Assembly (NCBI GenBank): GCA_030324005.1
Contig: JARDVH010000025.1
Span: 59,466,786 to 59,530,785 of the forward strand
DNA from: Negaprion brevirostris
Lineage: Eukaryota
Direction: 5' to 3'
DNA: 64,000 bases
A program made the translations under genes and the position numbers. This document shows, one piece after another, positions 1 to 12,192 of the stretch (its first letter is position 1; the number at the start of each line of letters is the position of its first letter). Below the pieces are notes generated by a model. The model made no database searches. It had not been told where the DNA came from and worked only from the letters and a program-made list of their open reading frames with translations.

Positions 1-667
1 TCCAAGTTGGATTGTAATTTTTGAATTGACCTCACATTCCTGATTTCACCCTTTCATCCTAAATGTATTTTTCAAAATTCTGAGCATCCACTCTGAGCAA
101 TTACTCAATCATTTAGAGTAATGATCAGAAAATTGTACACAGCATGTTTCTAGATTTCCAATATGCACTTTCAGCAGGCATAGCTCCTAGCTAGAAACAC
201 AATGACAGAAAATTATCTCTTGCATGTCATTTTGTTCTACAAGCAAAAATGTAGCCTTTAGATGCTACAAGTTGAAGGAGTACTAGAGCAATGACAAACA
301 TGCACAGCTTGAGTGTCAGTAAGTGACAGTGCATCATGCAATGACTCAAAGTGTGATGTCCTCAGAGAAAGCAAGTCAGCAAGGCTGTCAAATGTGGTAC
401 ATCTTGAATGTGTGCTTTACTGTGGTATGGTATAAATGAAGTGCAATGAAATAGCATTGAGGTTCTTTTAGGGCTTAACATGGTCAATAGCAAATTTGGA
501 ACATGTTGGCAGATGGAATTTTGTGATATGCAATCTTAGATTGCTTGCCCTATCTGTGGTACTGTCGGTAAATCTTAGCTCGCCCGATTGTCCACAGTCC
601 TATTTTGAATCTGTTTGGTGTTGTAGTACCATGTAACATTGTACATAGGATTAGTGTGCTAGCCCCA

Positions 668-975
668 TGGTAATGCCATGAGGCTAGTAATTCAGAGGCC
701 TAAGCTTTAATATTCTGGGGGCCATGAATTCAAATCTCACCCTGATAGAATCTAAATTTAATTAATAATTCTGGAATTGAAAGCTAGTTACAATAGTGAT
801 AATTGGCTAATTGGCTGACCTACATGAGACTCCAGACCCACAGCAATGTGGTTGATGCCTAATTGCCCTCTGAAATGGCCGTGTAAGCCATTCAGTTCAG
901 GGAATTAGAGATGAGCAACAAATGTTGACCTTGCCAGCTATAACCACAACCCCTGAAAGAATAAAGAAAAAAAAA
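668..975 (+). mobile_element. SINE-like dispersed repeat with core ccacagcaatgtggttga..ccctctgaaatggcc and A-rich tail
   Basis: Related sequence recurs at 1051-1256 (-), 22910-23160 (+) and 50360-50680 (-); ends in aataaagaaaaaaaa. Confidence 0.75.
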
Positions 976-1050
976 TCGAGTCTATTAAAATTGGCCTAAT
1001 AACTTTTCTTTCAAAGAATCAATTGCCCATGAAAAGGCATTCAGAAGGCA

Positions 1051-1256
1051 CAGAGTCAACCACATTGCTGTGGAGCTGAAGTCTGGATGGCAGATCCCTT
1101 TCCCTAAAGGACATTCATGAACCAGATGTGTTTCTTTACGACAGTTGTTTTATGGTCATTGTTAGATTTTAATTCATATTTTAACATCTGCCATGGTGAG
1201 ATTCGAACCTGGATCCCCAGAGCATTGTCCTGAGTCTCTGGATTACTTGTCCAGTT
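1051..1256 (-). mobile_element. Same SINE-like family, partial inverted copy
   Basis: agtcaaccacattgctgtgg and ccctaaaggacatt..gaaccaga..ctgccatggtgagattcgaacc are shared with 50360-50680. Confidence 0.75.
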
Positions 1257-2289
1257 ACATTCAGAGGCATGAATGCAAGTAATTCTCAACCATCAGATTC
1301 ATTAGAATTTATGATTGTGTACAAGTGTATGATGTCTTCTACTTGTAGGTTTACTACTTTTAATGAATGTCTGTATCTTTTTAGCTCAGTGTAAAATGAA
1401 AATAAAGATATCTGGGCTTGGTTGTGGACTCTTGATATGCATTTTTTCTATTTTCTTCCACATTTTAACCTTCTTTTCTCGTTTTAGCCTTGAGAAGTAC
1501 CAAACAGAAATTCTGCATATACTATCAATCTCTGTTGCTTTGATAGCATTTCATCTAAACTTACCTAATTGACAGTGACAGCAAAATTCACCATGCAGAA
1601 CCCACACCAGCTTTATCAATTAGTTGATATTTCAACTGTATAATCTTTCTGGTCAATCAATCTACTTTAGAAATGGTGATAAATTTGTTACTTTTTAAAA
1701 GATTGTTTTTATTTTTTGTAATAAAATTGACTCAGGGTATATTTATGTTTTCTGTTCTCAAATATGCAATAACATTACAATTGGCCTTGCCATTATACAA
1801 GCCAATATATGACAAGATAAATGATAATATCCCAATTACAAGCCAGTTCCCTGAAATTTTCTTCAGTACCAAATCTTAATTGATATAACACCCAATTCAA
1901 AAAAAATGATGAGTAACCAAAGAAGCTGAAATTTATAATTTTTAGCACTTTTTCTGAAAGAGATTCTGGATCTGGGTGCAACAGAAGAAATGGAAGATGG
2001 TGAGCTCATTACAGGGACTTTTTTTTGTGTGCTTTTTTTCCCTCTATCAATTCCTCACTTATTGTGAGTTGGCACTTATGCTTATATACAAGTTGCATGT
2101 TGATATATGTAGCCAAATGAAAATGCCAACATGAATTCAAGAAAAAGTGGAAATTGAGCAGGCTGGGAAAGCTATATGTACAATAAAGGGATTCAAAGAG
2201 AAGTATTAAGGGGTGCATATATGTGTATATGCATATTGAAAGAAAGAGAGTGGTAAAGAAATGCAAGCCCATTATAGGCGGTTGAAGTG

Positions 2290-2882
2290 CCTTTATTATA
2301 ATACAATGTCTTAAGGCACTTCATAGAATATTAATGAGACAAAAATTGACGCTGAGCCAAAAAATGAGGCATTATGAGTGGTAAGCAAAAGTTGAAGTGA
2401 AGAGACATGTTGTAAAGATCATCTTAAAGGAGGAGAGGGTGTCCAAGGAAGAAGTTCTGAAGCTTAAGGACCAGACAGCTGAAGGCTTAGCAGCTAATGA
2501 TGGGGTGAAATAAGTCAAATATGTAAACAAACTGGAACTGGAGGAATAGAGAGTTTTCAGAAGGTTGTAACGCTAGGTGCAATTTTGGACGTAGGTGGCA
2601 GTGAGGTCTGGAGGGACTTGAACATATGGATGTGAATTTAAAATTTGATGTTGATGGACTGTTAATTAATATAGGTCAGGGAGCATAGGTGAGTGAGATG
2701 TGGTATGAGGTAAAATATGAACAGCAGCACATTGAATGAACTCAGGTTTATGGAGGTTTGGAGATGGGTGGCCTGTCAAGAGAGCAAAGGTTGAGTCTGG
2801 TGAGAACAAAAGCTTGGATATGAGTTGCAGCAGCAGCTGAGCTGAGACAGAGATGGGCGATATTACAGAGGTGGAAGTAAAT
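2290..2882 (-). mobile_element. Degenerate L2-type LINE 3' fragment
   Basis: Pattern ttaaaggaggagagg..gaagttc..agcttaagga..cagctgaaggc resembles the reverse strand of elasmobranch L2 3' regions; no intact ORF. Confidence 0.55.
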
Positions 2883-4740
2883 CATTAGAACTAGGAGCAG
2901 GAGTAGGCCTTACAGCCTCTCGCACCTGCTCCACCATTCAGCACGATCATGGCTGATCTCATCTCAACCCCACCTCCACTTCCTGCCCTTCAAACCGTTA
3001 CTAATTAAAAATGTGTCCAGCTCTTCCTTAAATTTACTCAAAGTCCCAGCATCCACCAAGCTCAGGGATAGTGAATTCCACAGACTCTTGACTCTTTCAG
3101 AGAAGTAATTTCTCCTCATCTTTGTTTTAAATCTGCCACCCGTTATCCTAAAACTATGACCTCTTGTTCTCGATTTCTTACAAAGAGAAAACATTCTCTC
3201 TACATCTGCTTTGTCAATCCCCCTTATCACCTTGTGTACCTCAATTAGACTTCCTCTCATTCTTCTAAACTCCAGAGAGTATAGACCTAAACTGCCCAAT
3301 CTCTGTTTGTAAGACAGATCCCAGGCTGGATTCTCCAACCTCACCCACAGCTGGGATTCTCTGGTCCCGCTGTGGTTAACAGAGATTTGGCTGAGCACTA
3401 AATTCTCTATCCATTGACAGTGGTAACCGGACTAATCAATCTAGTGAACCTCCTCTGAACCACCTCCATTGGAACTACATCCTTCCTCAGTAAGGGGATT
3501 AAAACTGTATATAATATTCTAAATGCATTCTCACTAATGCTTTGTACAGTAGAAGCAACACTTCACTACTTTTATATTCAATTCCTTTAGCAATAAATGC
3601 CAAGATTCCATTTGCCTTTTTTATTACCTTAGTACCTGCATACTAGTTTTCTGTGATTCATGCACCAGGATCCCTCTTCACCGAAACACTCCAAAGTTTG
3701 TCTCCATTTTGATAACAATTTCTTTGTATTTTTCCAATCAAAATGGATAGCCTCACACTTGTCTAAATTAAACACCATCAGCCAAAATTTTGCCCCACTC
3801 ACTTAACCTATTCATATCCATTTGCAAATTTCTTAATTTCATTACCTCAACTTTCTAACCCACCTATTTAAGTGTCATCTGCAAATTTGGCTATGGTACC
3901 TAATATCCCTGCATCTAAGTGATCAATATAGATCGTAAGTAGTTGGGGCCTGAGGACCAAACCCTGTGACACATTACTAGTTATATCTTGCCAGCCAGAA
4001 AAAGACCTATTTATCCCCACTCTCTGTTATCTATTGATTAGCCAATCTTCTTATCCAAGCTAATAAATTAACCCTAATCCCATGTGACCTTATGTATTAA
4101 CTTTTTAGGTGACACCTTATCAAATGCCTTCTGGAAGCCCAGATTTATACTACGTCCATGGGATGCCCATTATCCACCTTGTCTGTTACATCTTTGAAGA
4201 ATTCAAGCCAATTAGTCAAACCAGATTTACCCTTCATAAAACAATGCTGACTAATGGATTGCATTTTGACTTTCTAAATGTCCTATTATTATCTCCTTTT
4301 TAATGGATTCTAAATATTTCCCAAGGATAGATGTTAAATTAATTGGTCTACGTTTCACATCCCTCACTTTTTGAGTAAGGCTGTCATGTAGCATTTTTCC
4401 AATCCACTGGAACCATTTCCACATCCAAGAAATTTTGTATGCTGTAACCAATGGATCTGCTATTTCTGCTGCCACTTTCTTTAATACCATAAGATGTAGG
4501 TATCATGCCCAAGGTACTTGCTTGTCTTCAATCACAATAATTTGCTCAGTACTTTTTCTTAATGAGGATGATAGTTCTAAGTTCCTCCCCTTCGATTAAC
4601 CTCTGCATTGGAATGGTACTCATTTCCTTCATTGTAAAAACTGAGGTAAAATATTGATTTAGTGTTTCAACCATTTCTGTTTTCCCCATTATTAACTCCC
4701 CAGTTTCATCTTTCAAGGGACCATTCATATTAGTTACTCT
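2883..4740 (-). mobile_element. CR1 LINE fragment (RT domain, C-terminus and 3' tail), decayed
   Basis: ORFs give LSYKQRLGSLGLYSLEFRRMRGSLIEVHK..TRGHSFRI, VLKKVAAEIADPL and GPLKDETGELIMGKTEMVETLNQYFTSVFT, all typical of CR1 ORF2. Confidence 0.92.
3324..3432. mobile_element. Short Harbinger-like MITE nested in the CR1
   Basis: Starts ggctggattctcc; internal agatttggctgagcactaaattctct is the reverse complement of a segment in the MITE at 58090-58224. Confidence 0.6.
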
Positions 4741-4837
4741 CATGCCTGGTGTTGGCAACCCTCGAGGTGGCTGGGTAAGGGATGGAGTTTGAGGTGCGAG
4801 GGAGTCCAGAGAGAAATTGGAGGTGGTTCACTTCACC

Positions 4838-5314
4838 CTTGCTGAGCAAAGAAGATTGTTCATTTTCTTCCAACACTGCTGTCCCATCCTCTTTTGCACT
4901 GAGCTGGCACTCACAAGGGCAGCCTCGGCATCCTAGGCGGAGGTGGTGACCTTGCTGGAAGGTCTTCTCCTGGCGCGAGAATAGAGTGCATCCTGCTTCT
5001 GCTACAGACAATTCGGCAATCTGGCCAGGGCTTCTTTCAAAAAGCGAAGTGCAGACTTCATGACTGCCATCCCGGAATAGATCCAGAGCAAGTGCTGGGG
5101 AGTCATTTATGTGGAGCTCCCCAGTGATTGCAGCAATTAAGTTGTGATGGGGTGGGCAAATCAGAGGGAGCACCTGTAATTGTCAAAGGCATGAAAATTT
5201 TTACTAATGAGGCATAAGATTCAGTCAGAAAACATATCGGTAGTGTTGGCAGAAATCATTCACTTTTTTGCTCCAGAACTGGCATTCTGCCTAATTCTAG
5301 CAAGATTCCGCCCC
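4838..5314 (-). mobile_element. PIF/Harbinger remnant: Myb/SANT-like DNA-binding ORF exon plus terminal region
   Basis: Minus frame reads QKQDALYSRARRRPSSKVTTSA*DAEAALVSASSVQKRMGQQCWKKMNNLLCSAR then a GT donor, matching the AW..VA..VS....R...QC.KK.NDL motif of the Harbinger accessory protein. A TIR-like aagattccgccc lies near 5302-5313. Confidence 0.7.
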
Positions 5315-5454
5315 CAGTGTTTTCCGGGATTTTGTCTGAGTGACAGTGAAGGAACACTACCTCTGAAAAGACTGCAGCAGTACATGTTGAAGAAGCCCAA
5401 GACATAGCCTATGCCAACATCTGGATTTAACTGCATTTAACTATGCCTTTTTTA

Positions 5455-5555
5455 TCCAAAAGAGAAAATACTGGGAAATCTCAGCAGGTCTGGCAGCATC
5501 TGTAAGGAGAGAAAAGAGCTGATGTTTTGGCCCAGATGACCCTTTGTCAAAAGCC
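5455..5555. mobile_element. Penelope-like element terminal fragment
   Basis: aaatactgggaaatctcagcaggtctggcagcatctgtaaggagagaaaagagctgatg..gatgaccctttgtcaaa; related pieces at about 9245-9350, 13865-13945 and 45735-45800. Confidence 0.65.
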
Positions 5556-6253
5556 AAAAGGCATAAAGCAGTGAAAGTGGAAAGGGGGGAATAGACATAC
5601 GGAAATCCTATTGGAGAGAAAAGCAGTACTTCCTCTTCAGGATAGGCATTCCTGGAAGAGAAGTGGCAGTGAGTTAAACACTGGAAAAAGCTAATTACTG
5701 CGGATGTTGGAATGCTGCAGATGCTGGCATTTTTAGTGCTGTAACTGTCAGTTTTATGCTTTAATGACGCCAAGCACTGACAGTTTTGTCTTCATTACAT
5801 CTGCAACTTCAGGGTCATTTTGTGATTTTGTGTCCCAGTGTTGTGAAATTACACTGCATTTATTCCTGAGTATCATTGCTAGGGGCAACTGAGCCAGCAC
5901 AGAACTGCTTCTTCATTGAACCATGAATTTGCTCCAGCTTCATGGAAATTCAAAATCAAAGTTAAAGTGTCATTTGCCTACTCTGTGCTAGGATTTTCAT
6001 TCTATTCCATTGAGGATAACCATGAAAAACCTGGCTTAGCATGTCTCTCTCTCTCTTGCAGTTTCCAGGAGAGAATTGTGAGTCTATTTATGGTATGATA
6101 AATAGTCTAAAATNNNNNNNNNNNNNNNNNNNNNNNNNNNNNNNNNNNNNNNNNNNNNNNNNNNNNNNNNNNNNNNNNNNNNNNNNNNNNNNNNNNNNNN
6201 NNNNNNNNNNNNNNNNNNNNNNNNNNNNNNNNNNNNNNNNNNNNNNNNNNNNN

Positions 6254-6390
6254 ACAGTGCCACTCCACCACCTCTTTTGCCCCCAACCCTGTCCTTCCTG
6301 AAGCATCTGAATCCTGGCACCTGAAGTACCTAGTCCTGCCCCTGAGATATCCAAGTCTCTGTAATGGCCACCACACCACATTCCTGGTAC
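6254..6390 (-). mobile_element. CR1 LINE endonuclease-domain fragment
   Basis: PGFRCFRKDRVGGKRGGGVAL is the APE-endonuclease motif of CR1 ORF2. Confidence 0.8.
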
Positions 6391-7849
6391 TGGTAATGAT
6401 TCACTGCCAACATAATTCCAGTAGCAATCAGGATGTCCATCTCACTTTTTGCCCATCAGAATTTCTAGCATAAACTACTCGGATATAGTGGTCAGGTGCC
6501 TGTTAGTCTAGTTGGAGTGCTATCTATGTGGGGCTGAAACAGAAATTCACCACAGAAGTTGGTGGAGGTGAATAAAAATTAGCCCCTTCTCAGGATAACC
6601 TGTTTCGTTCCAGTACCTGAAGCAGAATTTTGTTGTCTCCCACTGGTGGGTTTGAAAGTGAGGTAGCTCATCAAATCCAGCATTTAATCTGCCTGCCCCC
6701 TCCCAGCCATCCCAATTCTTTCCTCCATCTCATGAAGGTGATGGAGGTGTTGGGTGGCCCACCTTCTCCTTGAGTCTATTGAGGTCCTTTTTTGGCCAGT
6801 TATTGGCCACTTAATTGCTTCATTCATCATCCCCCCTCACCCAACTATTTTAATTGCAACAGAGAGGTCAACACCAGGTGGGTAACTTGGCACCTTGTAC
6901 CTGGGAGCACTTGGACCTGGCAGTGACGACAGAACTACTGGTCAGATTAATTGGCTGGAAGGTCTCTAAGCTGGGGCTTCCTGTCTGGGGACTGAAGTCC
7001 AGTCCTTAGCCAGTTAATGCCCCACAAAATATGAAATGACTGCGAAACAGTCGGTAACAATAGAAATGTGTTCTGTGACAACACCCTGGCTGGTAGAGCA
7101 GGAAATCCCACCATGTGAAGAATTTTGCAGCTACATCCGTAAGGAAGTAACTAAACTGTATTTAGTGAGTGCAATTAGATGCTGTATGATCTTCCAAGGG
7201 TGTGTGAAACACCAGTGGCTCAAGAGGTAGGACTAGCATTCTAGCATGTGATATTGTCTTGGTTCACAATTCTCTCTGACTGTTTCACCATGGAAATGTT
7301 TTATACTTTGCTGATTATTGTGGTCTCCCTGCACAATCCATGCCGATTTGTGGAAGCATGTATAGTTAAGAAGAATTTAAATTATAGAATGGGCAGTTGT
7401 TTTGCACAGATCTCAAATGATGTCTTACAAACCTCACATCTATATCTCACAATTTGAAAACACTTCCAACTATTTAATCATGACAGCTGCATCAACAAAG
7501 TATATTGCATCACACTCACTAAACAAATAACCCTCTGTCTTACAGGGTAAGATCCCTTAAAAAAAGAGGTAGTAGGTACTAACTAGCAAGGACAGCTGTT
7601 CTTACTCCCATGGAAAAAGACAGTTCAGTCTGTCACTGGAGTGGCCATTTCTGACATATAATATAATATGTAAAGTTTATTTTTGATTGCTTTTATGTTT
7701 GGATGGTAGCCAAGTGAATATTGTGATGGTGAGTGATAGTTGGAATGTAATTGTGGGACTGTTGTGGAATGAGGAATTGGGGTTGTGTTTATGGTACTGT
7801 AGCCGAATGAGTTTTCCATGGATAACTCAGGCAGAAAGAGGTTTTGGTT

Positions 7850-8330
7850 GCCCCCTGCTTTCCTCTTTCTCATGCTTCTGATCCTCAACTTCTTGCCAGA
7901 TAACTGATGAAGAGAGCTTTCTGCAGCATACTGGAGACCACCACAAATCTGCGCATTCTCTTTGCCAAATCCAAGGCTGTTCCAGAGCAGTACAAGGAGC
8001 AGAAGTATGTTTAATCACTCCAAAGGTCTGCTTGATCATGTTTTGTATGACAGCGTAGCGTTCATTGTATGTTGCCCTCCTGTGTATCAGTTGCACATCT
8101 GACTCATGAATCACATTGCCAGGGGATATTCTTGTCATGCAATAGCTATACTTTGCTTTATTGTGCAGGTTCAAATGCAAATGGTACAATGGCCTGCCAC
8201 TAATTCAAGACTTTATGCCAGGATGCTGGAAATCAATCCAGCTGGAATTCTCTGCTGTACATGGATGGAGTTGAATCCCTTTCATAATGCAGTGTCTGTC
8301 ATTTCACTTTTATTGACAGCTTCAAGCAGT
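7850..8330 (-). mobile_element. Harbinger (HARBI1-like DDE) transposase remnant
   Basis: Minus strand gives KGFNSIHVQ, PG..HES and YNERYAVIQNMIKQTFGVIK, resembling NRKGFHSINVQ/YPGS.HD/YN..H..TR..IE..FG.LK; frameshifted. Confidence 0.7.
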
Positions 8331-8979
8331 TAAGACCCTTTAGTGTGACTCTATCAATTCCAATGTGATATGTGCATTGAATGCCATTCTGGGAAGGGCA
8401 TTAGCAAAGTTAAGTCCAGCTTTTCACTCTCGGGTTAGGTGCACTGACTTCTAATTCAGCCCCTCCTACCTGGATGAAAATTCAACACCTGGGTAGCCAT
8501 TTTTAAAGGTTGGGTTGGTGGAGCTTGGAATGCGCCTACCTCTGCATGCCTGATCTGGGAGTGAAAATCGGGACCCAACTTTGCTAATGCCCTTCCCATT
8601 AAGGCCTCCAATGCATACATTGCAGACACCAATTTGTACATGCAAAGCCACTCATAGCACCCAATACATGGGGTGCTGTGGAGTCTATATATTTTCAACT
8701 TCCTGGTATTTAACAGCCATTCACAACTGTTGTAAGATAACTATTTTATTTACTGGTACTGGACTCTGTATTCAGCTCGGGACTGTATGTATTGGATTTT
8801 TTGAACTTTGGACCCTACAGCATTTACTTACAATACTTAAAATAAAGTATGAAAAATAAAGAATAAAAGGGTTTATTTAAATTGCTACCCAGTATGTCAG
8901 CTTCGAATGTAGCTCATTTTCAGGTACTTCTGAATTTTGGGACACCAGATTAAGGACCATTAACTGTATTCTGTTTTAG

Positions 8980-9217
8980 GTTGATGTTCAAACGGATTTG
9001 AACATTGATCCCAGACAGCATTTCTCTGATTCATCATTCCTAAGGCCATTAGAGAGATTGAAGNNNNNNNNNNNNNNNNNNNNNNNNNNNNNNNNNNNNN
9101 NNNNNNNNNNNNNNNNNNNNNNNNNNNNNNNNNNNNNNNNNNNNNNNNNNNNNNNNNNNNNNNTCTGATTCATCATTCCTACGGCCATTAGAGAGATTGA
9201 AGCAATGGGTTTTATTG
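8980..9217 (+). CDS. Candidate 99-nt phase 0-0 cassette exon (VDVQTDLNIDPRQHFSDSSFLRPLERLKQWVLL), split by a 100-N gap with duplicated flanks
   Basis: Acceptor tgtattctgttttAG|G at 8978-8980, donor TTG|GTAATT at 9218. The frame is open once the 39-nt overlap (9025-9063 = 9164-9202) is merged. No homology recognised. Confidence 0.25.
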
Positions 9218-9717
9218 GTAATTGCACATCAAAAATAAAATATGTAGGATGCTGTAAATCTGAAACAAAATCTGAAAAATGTGGAAAATACTCAATAGAT
9301 CTGGAACCATCAGTGTAAAGAGAGAAACTGAGTTAACCTTTCAGGACTTTGATCATAACTGGAAAGAATTAGTGATTCAACAGTTTATTGACACATATGG
9401 AACCAAGGGAAAAATGTGTGTTGGGTTAGATGGTGGGGGAGGAAAGATCCAAAGGGGAAAGTCTGTGATAATATGGAAAACAGAAACGATAAAATTTAAA
9501 AAGAGAAACTGGTACAAGGCAAGAAGAGGGATTTTAGAGGGGCAATAAAGAAACAAAGGATAGTTCCAGGGGACATCAATGGCATGAACAGAACCATTAC
9601 CTGCTGTTTGAGAGATCCGAGTGCTGGCTAGATCCTGGAATAAATCTCAATGAAATTCTGATAAATGCAATTTAATGTTACTTTATTATTTTTCAAATGT
9701 ATAATTTATTAATAAAG

Positions 9718-9977
9718 GTAAAGTTTATTTATTAGTCACAAATAAGGCTTACATTAACACTGCAATGAAGTTACAGTGAAATTCACCGAGTCACCACAGT
9801 CTGGCACCTGTTCTGGTCAATGCACCTAACCAGCATGACTTTTAGAATGTGGGAGGAAACCCACACAAACACGGGGAGAATGTGCAAACTCCACACAGAC
9901 AGTGACCCAAGCCGGGAATCAAACCCAGGTCCCTAGCACTGTGAAGCAGAAGTGCTAACCACTGTGCTAACATGCCA
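9718..9977 (-). mobile_element. tRNA-derived V-SINE (HE1-like head)
   Basis: Reverse complement starts ggcatgttagcacagtggttagcac (A-box) and contains tgtgtggagtttgcacattctccccgtg; tail aataaataaaacttt. Confidence 0.88.
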
Positions 9978-10094
9978 ATGTCTGCAAAACTCTAAGGTTG
10001 ATTAAATTTCCACCTTCCTGTTTAAAAAAGGTATTAAAAGTTTACTGTGCCTTCCATATGGGAAGTTTTTATTTATTTGTAATTTAGTATTAAG

Positions 10095-10420
10095 GTCAGC
10101 ATGGTAGCACAGTGGTTAGCACTGCTAACTCACTGTGCCAGGAACCAGGGTTCAGTTCTGGCCTTGTGTGACTGTAAGTGTGGAGTTTGCACACTCTTTC
10201 TGTGTCTGCATGGGTTCCCTCCGGGTGTTCCCGTTTTTTCCCACAGTCCAAAGATATGTAGGTTAGGTGGAGTGGCCATGCTAAATTGCCCCTTTGTGTC
10301 AGGGGAACTAAAGAGTAAACAATGGGGCTATGGGGATAGGGTCAGAATGGGATCGTTGTTGGTGAAGGCTCTATGGGCTGAATGGCTGCCTTCTGTGTTA
10401 TATGGAGTCTATTCTATGAT
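10095..10420 (+). mobile_element. HE1-type V-SINE with CR1-like tail
   Basis: gcatggtagcacagtggttagcactgct..gtggagtttgcacac..cccacagtccaaagat..ggccatgctaaattgcccc..ttctatgat. Confidence 0.9.
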
Positions 10421-10476
10421 TATATTTCCAGACATTTCTAAGTATACATTTCACATGTTGAAACATTAACATATAG

Positions 10477-10722
<246 letters not shown>

Positions 10723-11984
10723 TGACTTGAGTTCTTTAAAAGGTTCTTTGTACTGAGGTTGTCACATCATTCTGGATAGGTTGACATGACTGTGGCTATA
10801 TCTGTTCTGTGCAAACTTTATTGTGACAAACAGATGCAAAACATAGTGAGTTCATTCATGTATAGAATCTGCAGAAAAACTGATTTTTTTTCAGTGGCAA
10901 TTACATTGACATTTAATGTAACTTGATGATGATAGGAATTCTAAATATTTCTCGGCAATGAAGAAGTTAGAAATATAGGTACTTTTTCTCCTCAAGGGAG
11001 AGCAACTGCTTAAGTTGTTTTAAATAATGTTGTTATATTTACACATTAATAATTACTATCTCTAGAGAATAAGTGCCATAAGGGTTTGTGAATTTTGGCT
11101 GATGAAATAACAGCATTAAAATGATATAGTGCAGTGCAACTATTTCGCTTAGCTAAAATGAGATGAGTACTAATAGATAGGATCTGAATCTTGTGCTCAT
11201 TGGTTGCACCTGAGCCGCAGGCTCAGATGTGCGTATGATATGCGTTTTTGGCCACGATTGGACCCTGACCGCAATTTCACAATATCTGGCCAATTAACTG
11301 GTACAAACATGAAAAATACTATGAGAAAGGTTTAATACTGACAGGTAGGAAGGGAGGGTGGGCGCAAGGTGAAGTGAAAGCAAAGGTAGGCATTTCCAGC
11401 AAGCTTCCTGACCCGATGACAGGAGAGTTGCAATACTGTAAATGAAATGAGCTCAAAGAAGTTCTGTAAACTCTGTCTACACTACAACTTCAAGCACCTG
11501 ACAGCAGACCACATAGGACCTCGGCGCTCAACACCGTCTTTTATTTTTTATCACCTTAAACATTTTATCCTGCCCTGGAATGTGTTTGTCGCAAACTGGG
11601 AAAGCCACCTGGCCGATTGACCTGTCCGCTAATCATAACAATGGACGGGCCATGAAAAATCACCACCAATTCCCTCCTTAATGGTCTAATTGCCTGCTTT
11701 GTTGTTGACGAGCATGTTTCTGACTCCTGCACATGCACATCAACTGTAATTTTGCATACAAGTGCATTATTATCAGGGCTTGAGCCCATAGTCGTTCTGC
11801 ACAATTTCACTGACTTCTGGGTTGGGGATGTGCCCGCCAATCAATGAGAAATTCCAGCCTAGATCTTAAAACATGAATTAAAGAACTAGAAAGTCAAGGG
11901 TTTAAAATAAAGCCGTAGCTCATTGATCTACAGTTGTTCAATGCTGAATTGTCATGTGAGGCTGGCTGCCACTCTCATGATCAT

Positions 11985-12192
11985 GGCTGGGACTTGCCAG
12001 CCATTCACACCAGTGGGATGTTTCAGTCCCACTGACGGCATACCACCGCCATGAGTTTCACGGCAGTGAGGGGTTCAATCAGTGGGAGATGCCATAGACA
12101 ACAGCGATACCAGAAGATCCAACCACCAGTCAATAATGGGCCGCCTCCCACTGCCACGAAGCACACGGCAGGTTGTGCAGTAAATCCTACCC
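11985..12192. mobile_element. Harbinger-like MITE
   Basis: Degenerate inverted termini ggctgggactt / taaatcctaccc with a semi-palindromic interior. Confidence 0.45.

Noticed and set aside
472-567. 96-nt phase 0-0 open segment with AG/GT ends
   Set aside because: Weak polypyrimidine tract and no resemblance to NKAIN exon 2; probably chance.
1946-1999. 54-nt AG..GT segment reading LFLKEILDLGATEEMED
   Set aside because: It is open only in phase 1 or 2 and has a stop in phase 0, so it is incompatible with the phase-0 NKAIN intron. No homology recognised.
4730-5173. 147-aa minus-strand ORF as a host gene
   Set aside because: It is an off-frame reading of a Harbinger Myb/SANT remnant whose true frame contains stops.
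9025-9202. 39-nt direct repeat flanking a 100-N gap, considered as a real tandem repeat or TSD
   Set aside because: Best explained as an unmerged contig overlap; a shorter overlap of the same kind (catggct) flanks the gap at 44629-44728.
10095-10170. tRNA genes at SINE heads
   Set aside because: A/B-box-like motifs continue directly into V-SINE bodies; no complete cloverleaf.
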